A stretch of DNA of 64,000 nucleotides. It comes from Polymyxa betae A26-41. Lineage: Eukaryota > Protista > Endomyxa: Phytomyxea. Position numbers and translations under genes: made by a program. Of this stretch, positions 23,939 to 34,611 are shown one piece after another; the stretch's first letter is position 1; each line of letters begins with the position of its first letter. The stretch covers positions 10,091 through 74,090 of the forward strand of contig RBZT01000632.1 in assembly GCA_003693705.1 (NCBI GenBank). The letters are read 5' to 3'. The notes under the pieces are model-generated. The model had not been told where the DNA came from and did no database searches. It saw only the letters and a list, made by a program, of their open reading frames with translations.

Positions 23939-26351
23939 TTAGACCGAGTCTGCAGCTGCAGCAATCGTCGTGGTGGTCGTACTGGCCACCGCCGGCGGTA
24001 CCGTCATCGTCGTCTTCGTACTGGCCCGGAACAGGAATTCGGCCAGATAGTCGATGGGATCGTCAGGTCGGACACGGGCGATTTCGTACAGGCCCTCGAC
24101 GACGACGGGGACGACGTGCTGGCCCAGGTACTGACGTAGAGGCCGCGCCCGATCAGCGATTAGTTCAGCCTCGGACTGGGCCAGTTGCGCTAGAAGAGCG
24201 TCCCGTTCAGCGACCTGCAGGGAGCAGAGTCAACAGTAAACCCTAAAACCCTAGACCCTAGCTCACCTTTCGTGCATGTTCTTGCGCCTGTCTCTCGATC
24301 TCCTCCTGTTTCTGTCTCTCGATCTCCATCTCATGTTCATACTGGGCGCGTTCACGTTCTCTCCGTGCGGTGTCCGCAGCTGCAATTTCCTCCTCTGTTG
24401 GATGATAATTATATGGTGGACGGGGGCCTCCCACATATGCTTCCACCAGGGCCAGTACGGTCTCGGCAGGATCAGCTGCATTAACATCCATGATCTCCAT
24501 TGTAGCAGAGAAATACGTCCTTGGATGATTATCAGGAGCGGCCGCCACGGACTTATTCCAGATATTCAAGCGTCGTTGTAACGCTTTCTCATCCGAATGT
24601 CCGGGGATAGTACGACCGGCATTCTCCTTGGCACGACCCACGATCAGTACGTCCGTAGCGGACACCGACACGACACGATCCGGTAGTATTGGCACGTCAC
24701 GCACTGCTTGTGCGGGTTCAGCAGCGGCCTCCGGCGTGTCGGTTGGTGCGGCCTGCTCCTCGGAGTCCGTGACGGCGTTCGTTGTGAACGTCGCTCGGGC
24801 CTCTTCCGATGTCCGTGGATATCCATCCAACACATAACCTTTGTTACGGATCTCGTTACGTTGCAGCTCCAACTGAACCAGTGCGGCCACAACTCCGACC
24901 GGAGCCCGTCTGTCACATTCAATATCATCAGCGAGTCGGACTGGACCCTGTCATCGGTTCCGTTCTAACCCGTTTTTATCGAGCTGTAGGTCCTGGCCGG
25001 CGTCACGGGCCTTGGTGATCAAGTCGCGGACCGAGACCAGCGGCAGGTAGAAGTGCGTGGCGATCTGACGCGCCCAGTACGACCGCCCGGACCCCGGCGG
25101 ACCAATGACTGCTACACGGATCGGTTGTAGATTGCGGGTGGTGATGAATTCGGCGACAACCGGGCCGATCGATGCCACGAGCCCTGTTAGCGAGAACCCT
25201 AAACCCTAGAACCCCAAGAACCCTGCATATGGAGTTACCCTGTTCGGATCTCCATTCCATCTGTACTGTAGATATCCATGATGTATCACGGGCTATGATC
25301 ATATCAGCAGTAGCGATATGCGGTGCGATCAGATCACGGCGTCCGACGGCGTCCAGCTCGCTGATGGACGCCGTCGTACCGGTCGATAACATCTTCGAGA
25401 CCGCCGCCACTATCGCTTGCTGTGTATCGCGGGCCTACCACGGAGGGTCAGTACGGTCTGCGTGCGACGGACGAGATCACCGTTACCTTATCGACCATGA
25501 GCAGGTAGGGTTTGGAGGATGGGGGCCGCTCCAGGAAGCGGACAGTGGCGGTAGCGTAATCTGTAACATGAATGGTAGGAAGAGTGTTCGTACCAGAACC
25601 TATTATGGGTAGACAAGGATCTGTGTTTAACCATGCCTGATCATAACACATCGTTAGGGTTTTAGGGTTTCCATAGAAAAAGAACCCCATATAAAGAAAA
25701 ACGTAGAAACAGCACATCTCGAAATCAGAATGCGATAATGATGTCAGGGTTTAGGGTTTCACCGACCTGTTTAAATAGATTATGTAGATCGGCTTCTCCA
25801 TCTCCGTACATGATGCCGGCGGCCAGTACGGCCGTGCTCATCAGATGTCTGGATGAGTTGACGATCAATGTCTCCAGGAGTTTATGGCGTGAACATGCAG
25901 CTGCGGGCTGTCTGCCTCGGAACTGGGTCTCGTCGGCCCCACCGGCCCCATCCTCACCGGGCACCACGGACGTACCGGCCCAGGTCAGGGCCGTCGACAG
26001 ACAGACGACGTGTTTGGGACGCGTCAGCGTCACGGCCCGTACGGCCTTGATCAGAGCGGCGGCCTCATCCAGATCACCGAACAGGTTCACGACGATGATA
26101 TCGGCGGCGGCCACGACCTGGTCCGGGCCGGGATCGCCCACAGACACAGCGGGGTCGTACACGACCAGGCGCCGGGTGACATCGGCGGCATCGTCGTCGC
26201 TCGGGCCGGGGACTTCCTCGCCGCGGTCCCAGGCCGCATTTCGGGCCCGGATTGCGTCCAGGACGTGCCGGCCCACGTATCCGGTGCCGTCCTGGACATA
26301 GATCAAGGCCGTGGGCATGGCCGCCATCGAATCAATCGGCGGTGCCGACAT
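23939..26351 (-). CDS. AK7: adenylate kinase 7 (flagellar; Rossmann-like N-terminus, AK domain, coiled coil, Dpy-30 motif)
   Basis: LSTALTWA, AAGIMYGDGE, GSGTNTLPTIHV, VAVIGPPGSGRS, NKGYVLDGYPRT, PYNYHPT, PLRQYL..VVP...EGL.E.ARVRPDDPIDYLAEFLF; four introns. Confidence 0.9.
24237..24261. repeat. telomere-like repeat in last AK7 intron
   Basis: TAAACCCTAAAACCCTAGACCCTAG. Confidence 0.85.
25195..25224. repeat. telomere-like repeat in AK7 intron 2
   Basis: AACCCTAAACCCTAGAACCCCAAGAACCCT. Confidence 0.85.
25654..25759. repeat. two telomere-like arrays near the ends of AK7 intron 1
   Basis: TTAGGGTTTTAGGGTTT at 25654-25670 and CAGGGTTTAGGGTTT at 25745-25759. Confidence 0.85.
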
Positions 26352-26447
26352 GGGTCCTGGAATTGGTCTGGAGGGGGAGGGAGGGTACGACCCGGAGCGA
26401 TCGGCCGGAATGTCACATCACAGGCGGCTGTGTTGAACGAGGTTTCA

Positions 26448-26513
26448 ATGGCCCACATGATGGGGTGGTGGGGTCTGATGGCCCACATGATGGGGTGGTG
26501 GGGTCTGATGGCC
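26448..26513. repeat. perfect 30-bp tandem repeat (2.2 copies), G-rich
   Basis: ATGGCCCACATGATGGGGTGGTGGGGTCTG x2 followed by ATGGCC. Confidence 0.95.
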
Positions 26514-26581
26514 GATTATGCAGGGTCCGATCATGATGTATGAGACGGCCATGGCTCATTTGACCCGAATCTGGCGCTGAT

Positions 26582-27337
26582 ATGACATCTGCTGCTCCCA
26601 TCTTTCATGGCTCTACTAAATCCGATCTCCTACGCTGGTACGACCTGCTTGTAACCCGATCCACGACGACGTCGTCCTCCTGCACTCCAATACACTGGAA
26701 ATCCCTCATACATTGGGATATACTGAGCTCTATATGCAGATGGGATCTGGAAAAAGATCCTCACGCATTGACAGATAAGGATATCAAGGAATGGGTTGAT
26801 CGCACCCTAGCCGACGTACTGGACCATATGGACCAGGTCATGTCCGAGCTGGTCCTGAAACCGATACCCGGGCAGCATCTCGAGGCCGTCGATGATCTCA
26901 GAAGGCAGTACGACGAGCGCGTGGCCGCCCATGGATGGCAGACGTGGTTCGCAACGCCGGATGGCCAGCGCCGGGCCGTCCAGTACCTGATCGAGGCCGT
27001 ACGTCCCCGCGGGCTTCAGGAACTGATTCGGAGCAAAGTGACGTGCGACGTCGAACTGGCCCAGGACCCCGTCAAGTTCCTGGGTCGGTTGAAACAGGTT
27101 GCGGATCTGTTCGAGACCGTGATGCATTATAATCGTGTTGCCCATCAGAAATGGGAGAAGAAATCTGTTGATGATGTGACGGAGGGAGGAGAGGTGATTG
27201 TAAAGAAGAGAAGGAAATGTATGGTGTTAGATATTGACAGAGGACGAAATATATCATGTTTTAATTGTCATGAGAAAGGACATCCATCATTTCTATGTCC
27301 GCAGAACAAAGATAAGAAACCGAAAACTCAACATTAA
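26582..27337 (+). CDS. stand-alone retrotransposon Gag-like protein with CCHC zinc knuckle
   Basis: C-X2-C-X4-H-X4-C (CFNCHEKGHPSFLC); helical capsid-like region (ICRWDL, QYLIEAVRP..LQELIR) resembling Ty3/Gypsy gags of protists/oomycetes; intronless; AATAAA at about 27467; no pol. Confidence 0.75.
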   Translation: MTSAAPIFHGSTKSDLLRWYDLLVTRSTTTSSSCTPIHWKSLIHWDILSSICRWDLEKDPHALTDKDIKEWVDRTLADVLDHMDQVMSELVLKPIPGQHLEAVDDLRRQYDERVAAHGWQTWFATPDGQRRAVQYLIEAVRPRGLQELIRSKVTCDVELAQDPVKFLGRLKQVADLFETVMHYNRVAHQKWEKKSVDDVTEGGEVIVKKRRKCMVLDIDRGRNISCFNCHEKGHPSFLCPQNKDKKPKTQH

Positions 27338-27640
27338 GTGATGCCGTTTGTGAGAGAAAGAGAGAAGGGATATCATTGATATTGAGACGACATCTGCGTA
27401 ATCTGATCCTACGATAAGAGAATAATCGCATGCGATCTGGTAGACCGGAAATCGTAATGAATGCAATAAACCAACATGGATGTGTTGTAGTTCGTGCAGC
27501 AGATCTCCGATTTCTAGGCACCAAGTAAAGCGTGAAAACAACAGAGGATGGGATCAGCACGACCGCATCCCGATTTTGGTGGATAGATGCAGCAATGTAT
27601 TAAACCGACATTTTTCATGATGAAATTATCACCGGTCTGA

Positions 27641-29342
27641 TTACGATTCCAGATCGTGATAGGCGGCGCTCATTATATTGCTGGTCGATAATACTGGCCC
27701 ATGCGGAGCGGCGCCCATCACGTGCGAATGCTGTACGGGGGCCTTCACCAGCGGGACGTGCTGGATCCGGCCCCGATTCAGCAAACTGTTGGTCGTGGAC
27801 ATGGACGCCCTCTGTCCGGGCGTCGTCTCGTCCTCCCACTGAACGAAATCAGAAGATGACGATGACGCAGACCACGATTCGGAACCTGAAGGGATTCGGT
27901 CTGGGCGACGGCGCGCGTCACCTTCTCGCCAACGGCCGGCGTCTTGGCCGTGAATTTCGACGCCATCTCGGTCTCGAAGCTGGTCGTGCGACGCCCTTCG
28001 GCGGGCCAGCTCGCCCTGGCGAATCGATTCTTGGTCGTTAGAGCAACGTTCTTCATCGTCTGACGATCTTCCATCGACACAGATACCGTCTTATCTGTCA
28101 AACATCAAATTGATGGAAAATGCCTTCAAAAAATTCAAAAAAATTCACTTCGCAATCGATCAAACACAAAATTGTTAAAGTCATTGTACCGTTGAATTCT
28201 CTGGCGACGGTTGATAGAAAGTGACCCCGTGATGACGCCTCATCATGACCGATGATCGCATGATTGGTGGCCGCCTCCGGGCGTACTGGTCGCCGGCGCT
28301 CCGTTACCGGCGGCAGGAGATAATCGCGCCCGAACGTGGTCTGGTAATCGGTCGCGGCGCCTGGATCGCCGACCACGGCATGCGACGGTCCGTCACGGGG
28401 CGCCGATCGTGCGGCGGCCGCCCTCGGCGTCGTACTGGCCGCCGTTGGGAACAGGCTCTGCCGCGCCATGCTCTGATAGTCGAGGTCGTCATCGCCGAGC
28501 ATGATCCGATGATCGTGACGGGCGTGTTCATAGGAGATCCGGGGCGTCATCAGACCCGGCCGCGCACCGAAGAACGACGCCGTGGCCGTCGCGAAATCGC
28601 GATCGTCGTGCACGCCCGATTCGCCATGTAGCGCGACCGATGGCCGATTTGGCGACGTCCGATACGGAGGCGTCGACGCCGCCAGCGACTCGCAGACATC
28701 GTTGGTCGTCATCCATCGATCCGGGCCATCATCAGTCGTCATGGAGCGAGGCGCGGTCGGGGGGCGCATCGCTCGCGGCGTCCGCGACGGCGTCGTGGTC
28801 GTGGCGAACTGCGCCAACGTTGACGATGTCCATTCGGTCGGATGATAGCCCAGGATCAAATGCGACGTCGTCGGCAGCTTCGGGGCGGCGGTGCGTCCGG
28901 TCCGAGCACCGCTCGCGACGTACTGGACCGCGGTCTCGGTCCGCCACGGTACCGAATCCGTCCCGAACACGATATGCGACGCGACGCTGCTCGGCTTCGA
29001 AGGCGGTGCCCTGGCGGCAGCCGTCACCGGCGTCGGCGGCGTCGGCTGGTTGAAGCGATCATCGTGAGCGGCGGCGGCGAACCCAACGGAGTCTTTGGCG
29101 TTCGGGTTGGCGGTGGCCGCCGCCCGGCTCAGGCCGTGCAGTCCCGCGAACGACGCCGTCGCGGATGATTCGAAGACCGGTGTCCGCCTGCCGAGATGGA
29201 TATTGGACCTGTACGACCAGTACGTCAATCGCAGCCGTGTATAGAGCAGTGGACGTTACCTTCGTGATTGTTGTAGAAGTTGCTGCTTGGCATCATGACC
29301 ATCCTTCCAGGATTCGAACCTTCTCCCTGGAATTAGAAACAT
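27641..29342 (-). CDS. repeat-containing axonemal microtubule inner protein-like (SAXO/TEX45-type)
   Basis: Recurrent S/H-x-x-L/F-G motif (SNIHLG, SHIVFG, SHLILG, HRIMLG, SHAVVG, NHAIIG), each followed by a Mn-like motif (WRTETAVQY, WTSSTLAQF, YQTTFGRDY, FLSTVAREF, FETEMASKF); start MFLIPGRRF at 29342. Confidence 0.6.
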
Positions 29343-29343
29343 G

Positions 29344-29393
29344 ATAGATAGAGAGAGAGAGAGAGAGAGAGAAAGATCAGAACATCTCTCTCT
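29344..29393. repeat. (GA)n microsatellite with a downstream (TC)n arm
   Basis: ATAGATAGAGAGAGAGAGAGAGAGAGAGAAAGAT...ATCTCTCTCTC, immediately upstream of the MIP-like start. Confidence 0.85.
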
Positions 29394-29468
29394 CGCTACT
29401 TCGTACTCGCGCCCAGAGAACCCGAAATCGATCTTGGAGAATCTCGAGAGAAAAGCTCTCGGGTTTAT

Positions 29469-30348
29469 TTATCGGTGTGCGAATATGAAGGTCTGCGTAG
29501 TCGATGTCTTCAACTTCAATTTTTTGGCATTTGGATCTGTAGTTTTATGTTCATATCCTGGGAATTCATTTTCAATGAATGGAATTTTCGCTTGAAATGC
29601 GAGACCGGCAGGTTCAGCGAGTGCATCGAGATCCCTGAACCCATGTTAAGCGAATGAACGGGTCATAGCGCCATGACCTACCAGAGACTGTATGGAGGGT
29701 GATCCTTCAATGAGATTAGGACGACACCGACCTGGTCAAGGACGGCCTTGGCGCTCATAAAGAAACCGCTGATCATGGCGCGATTTAGATGAACACGTTG
29801 TTGACCAGTATGGGGGAAATTAAACACAATTCCTGAATATAGAAGTTATTGAGTTTGGAAGGTGTCATCTAGACGGTTACGATCAAATTTTGTCTGGAAT
29901 TTGCTAGCGAGCTTGGTGGAATCGATTTTATGTTGGACTTTGATGGAGCCGGAAGTATGACGGCTAATCGTGTCGATTTCTTCCAGATGTGATTGTGCTC
30001 GTGGATATTTGCTGCGAACTTGAGCGGATGAATCGAATGATGAACAGATCAGCTGGCCTGAGATAGAATGATCGGATCGGATCCGGCAGACAGCAAGACT
30101 GAAGCTGAAATCACCATCGCCAACGATCAGGACGTCTATAGAAACCAGAATCAGAGAGGTCGTAGAAAAGGACGCCGAGAAGCGAGGCGATGGAAACCAA
30201 ACGGATACAGACTTGGGGCTAGCACCAATGACCTCAAGGTGAGCGACGATGATGGTGGCTTCTGCGGTCGCTTTTGATGGAATTTCAATTTGACTGGGCC
30301 ATTCTGGCAGCGTTTTGATGTCTTTCTCTTGTTGTTGCGGGCGTCCAT
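29469..30348 (-). CDS. 25S rRNA uridine-N3 methyltransferase BMT5-like (DUF2431)
   Basis: VLIVGDGDFSFSLA, SSFDS, IDSTKL, FDR..FNFPHTG, NRAMISGFF, PPYSLWD, FPGYEHKTT. Confidence 0.88.
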
Positions 30349-30535
30349 TATCAATTGAAAACAAAAAATGCGCAACTGCATCTGAGCAACAATTCGAGTT
30401 GCGCAATTTTTATTTTTCTCACATTGGCAAAACTGGGATTTGAAAACAGCGCGTTGGCCTGTACGGTAGGACGTAGGTGGTCAATCATTAACAAATATAC
30501 CAGAGCGATCAATTAGAGAGTTTATATAAACAGAA

Positions 30536-33500
30536 TCAAATTGCAACTGAACTTGGTATCATAGATGGCAGTAGGTAGACGTATCTGCACATCACGACAT
30601 CATTGATTGTGACAAGAAATGCAGAACTGCTTCTTACGGGTTATTCTTTCTTGAAGTGGCATTTCGTTCCTTGATTTTGTTGGTCACTTCATCTAATTAC
30701 AAATATTAAGAACCGCAACAGATCCGAATGCATGAACTTATTACCTAGGCGATGATTGAATTCATCAAAAGCAGCCCGGGCTTTCGGATCGTTATACAGC
30801 AGATCTTGATCGCTCACCTACAACGTATTATTGATGGCAGACAGCTATAAAACAGCTCTATCAAACCTTGCCTAGATAGACTTCATCGGGCGAATATTCG
30901 GACAGAGCACGCGCTATTGCAACGGCTTGTACTGTTTGGGTTCTACGATGCGGGTCAGTACGACCGGTGGCGATCACAGAACGGCTGCATACATATTGGG
31001 AATGGAATCCAAGATCACCCTCTGTGTAATGGGCTCATCGATCTCATCAGGGATCGGCTTCCGCATAACTATAGGTCTCGGTTAGTTTTCTGAGCGTTAC
31101 AGCTCCATAAGTACAGACTGATGGGATGATGTGGTTGCCATGCGTAATGCTCTGATAACAGTGTCAGTATTGAGACAGCCTCCATATACGGAACTGTTAC
31201 CGTATTGGTTGAAGTTGATGGCTGAATGACCAGCCGAGGCTGTGTAGATCACACGAGCAGCCATCTTAACAACATCTTTAACGGTCTTGAACTCAGGAAT
31301 TGTTTGCCCTGGCATTAGATCCTGAAGCTCCAGGCGGAAATGGCTGAGTTCTGCAGTGAATCAGAGACCTGGATATCGTTACATTGATATACGTTACCGG
31401 TATCGTTTGTAACCTGACTTGGGTCCTTATCGTTGTAGTATATGGCAATGTAGTCTTTGACATATTTCTTGATCGCATCCCATATTAGACAGACGTCTTC
31501 ACGCCATGGATACGCTCCTGGTTCTGTGACCAATGGAGTATTGGCGTTTTCACCGAACCCGTTCATGCGCAGCTCTTTTTTTGGCGACATGACTTCGTAC
31601 GACCATAAAGAGAAACTCTTCTCGATAAACGAGAACGATTCTTGCCCTACAACGTATCAGAAACGCTTCGTAGTAAAATGAGTGTTATTTTGTTACCAAG
31701 GGCAAACAGCTTGCAGATCAGCGGCAATAACCTGTTGAAAACATTTTCAGTGGAATCGAGGCTTCACCCAGTCGTACCCGACCTTTGCCGGGCAAGAGCG
31801 TTCATAGCCATGACATTTTGCAGATGCGGTTTCAGCAAGCGGTAGAGCGGATGCACTGGAGATAAAGATCGGCGCATGGCCAGCGCGAAACTGTTCGCTG
31901 ATGAGATTATGTTTCAGTGGTAACGGCAATTGCTGACGTTACCATTCTATGACCAAATGGCATCGAAAGAAATGTGTTCGCAGTTGATGAACTTGCGAAT
32001 TGGCACTGTTCACCCACATCTTCGCCAACAGCCTGAACAGCGCATTGTCAGCGCGGAGTCTCTCGTGATGGCCTCTGGATACCATTCGTTCTGTACATTC
32101 TCCGGGCAGTTCTCACTAACCGGATAATAGATCCGTCCGTCTTTCTTGAGCTGGATAGCGACCGGGATCAGGCCGTCCGCGTGTTCGTCGTAATAAAATA
32201 CACAGACAGGAGCGGCCAGATAACGCGACTCCGCATCCTGAAAAAAGCTGTGAATCGCCATGCTGGAGACCGAATCGCGGCCACCTTATCGAGACGTAAA
32301 AGGCTGGAGATCGTGTTCATAATGAAGCCGCGATCTTGTGATGGGCGTTCTTTGACGCCCATTCGATACTGGTTCTGGAGATCGACGAAATCCTGCAGAA
32401 GAGGGCGGAAATCCACGTAGCAGAACCGGCCGTTCTTCAGATCGTCGGCGATGTTCCGATGACGAAACAGCGGCACATTCTGACTGATGCTTTCTATGGC
32501 GATCGGGAACCTTTCAGGAAACGCGCCCTAACAACAGCTCAGCACGCCGAGATCTTCAAGACGTGCTAGCCCGCGCTTACCGAACAGAGCTTGATCTGAT
32601 AGGGATTCAGGCCGCTAACGTATCCACGTCCCATGGTGGAATCCTTCTCCCAGACCTCGTCGATAGGGGTTGGCAGCCGTCCGTTCTTGAAGAACATCAA
32701 CTTCATCTCATCGAAACTCTCCCAGCTTTTCGTGTTTCCGAAGACGGTTGACACGGCTGTGTCGACGATATCGCTGAGAATCGCCAAGCTGATCTGAGGT
32801 CCAAATTAGGATCGCGAATTACCGAGTAATGAAGCTCTACCTGGCGAGCCTTTATCGACAGAAACTGTTCATCATCTGGCAGGTCCCAGTACTACACTCG
32901 AGTCATTAAAACTGTCGAGACCAAACGACGTCGTACTGACCCGGCTGCACATGCCGACCGGCAAGTTCGGTAAGCGTAGCAGCTGGCTGCTATCATAAAC
33001 GCTTTGCCAGTATGCCAGATCGGCACCCCGTAATTGTCTCATATATGGAGACATTCGTGGGCTAGTCGGAAGCTGGGCTTGGCCACAGAAGAAGATCCGA
33101 CTTGTGCTGGCTTTGATCCACGAATAAACAGCGAAGAAGCAATCCTGGCCTCGAGACGGCTGACGAACCTGCCCAAAGGCGTCAGTTCCATCTCTGGTTA
33201 AAAGATTCATCAATACGTACTCGAATGTAGTTGATGTAGATGGGCGTCAGCAAAGAACGCCAGCCGCTTTTGGCTTCCAAACGAATAGCGAAGATATCAC
33301 CGATATCCTTGGTAGCATCGAAGCCGCTATGTACTTCCTATACGATCTCAAAACACTGTTCTGACAATATCAAGGCCCTCACTGTATCGTCGCCATGATG
33401 TCGTTCGATGAGCGATCCTTTCGATCGAAGACTGAAGGGTCCGGCCGACATATTCGGCTGCGCCCCCATGAGCGTGATGGAGAGACGCAGGTCGGTGGCC

Positions 33501-33556
33501 ATTAGCAGACGTTCACCGTTGCGGACGACGATAGTGTAGACATCGGCCGACGACAT
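30536..33556 (-). CDS. lipoxygenase with N-terminal PLAT-like domain
   Basis: WVNSANSQVHQLRTHFFRCHL, VHPLYRLLKPHL, MNALAR, PGAYPWRED, SAGHSAINFNQY, C-terminal IPSSVAI-stop. Confidence 0.92.
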
Positions 33557-33988
33557 GGCAGTGTTTCGAGAACGATAAAGATCTTAATGAGGACCCTCTG
33601 CTAGATTTGAATATCGGCACTGGAGATCGACCCCATCGACCCCATCACCCCAAACAGCGGTTCAAGTGGGCCGCGTGTCTCTTTAGATCATGAACATATC
33701 TGTGTGTGCACAGGACTATGAGAAACGTTCGACGCGTCCAAAATGAGCGCATGACGAACGCTGTTTCTGTCAGCCATGGCCCATGGCCCCCAATTTCCTT
33801 CTCATTGAAATGGCAACCTTCGAATCGACCTATTCCGTCCTACGACTTGTCTCGATATTCGGATCGTACTTGGCCCAACAAACAGAGATTCGTAAGCTAA
33901 AAAACCCTAGAATGAGCCAAAACGAAATAGATTCTCGTCACTTGGCCAGGCTGGTCTCGCAACAATTGTCATTCGGTCGTACTGGACC

Positions 33989-34587
33989 ATGTCGAAGCGC
34001 GGCGTCGATTTGTATGAGATCTGGGCCCGCGCCTTCAATTCTTGGCGCCCGCCTCGCCAGCCGGCCGTCTATCTAGCGCCGCGAGCAGCGCTCGGCAAAT
34101 CGTCATCGTCAGCCCCGCCGCCGCCCTTGGGCCTGATCTCTCCGGATCTCGTAATCCAAAGTCGTGTCCGTCGCGCTCCGATCTTAATGTCCGTCAATAG
34201 AAGGCTCTCGAGATCACGGCCTGGAACCCGTTGGGCCAGCCCGCCGACTTCGAAACGAATCGCGAACGCAATCGGCAGCTGCAGAGCGACTTGGACGCGC
34301 GTCGCGATCGAATTTGCATGTACTGGCCCTCGTCCGGATTCGATCTGGGTGGTTGGCGTGAAGACGGGTTCGTGATCTGGCTCGATGCTGATCTTGACGA
34401 CGAATGGGTCGTAGAACTAGCGAGGCAGTACGACCAGGGCGCCATATATCGGTATAGGTTCGAGAAGGATGGCGACCGCATGCATATCTGGAGACAGACG
34501 GTGCCAGTTGTGATGAATAACGACGTCGGCGATGACCAAGTCGAGATGGAGCTGATCCGAGAGCCGCCGTCGCCTCCTCTTGGCTGA
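33989..34587 (+). CDS. DUF3293-like protein
   Basis: ITAWNP.G......N..RN..L, GWREDGF, LARQYDQGAIY; one intron. Confidence 0.7.
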
Positions 34588-34611
34588 TACGAATGAAATA
34601 GAGATGTTTAT

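Noticed and set aside
26448-26513. CRISPR-like array
   Set aside because: Two adjacent units with no spacers, eukaryotic context, no cas genes
26400-27620. Complete LTR retrotransposon
   Set aside because: No pol, second LTR, PBS or TSD visible
31918-31945. Hairpin TGGTAACG...CGTTACCA in a LOX intron
   Set aside because: Single 8-bp stem, compatible with chance
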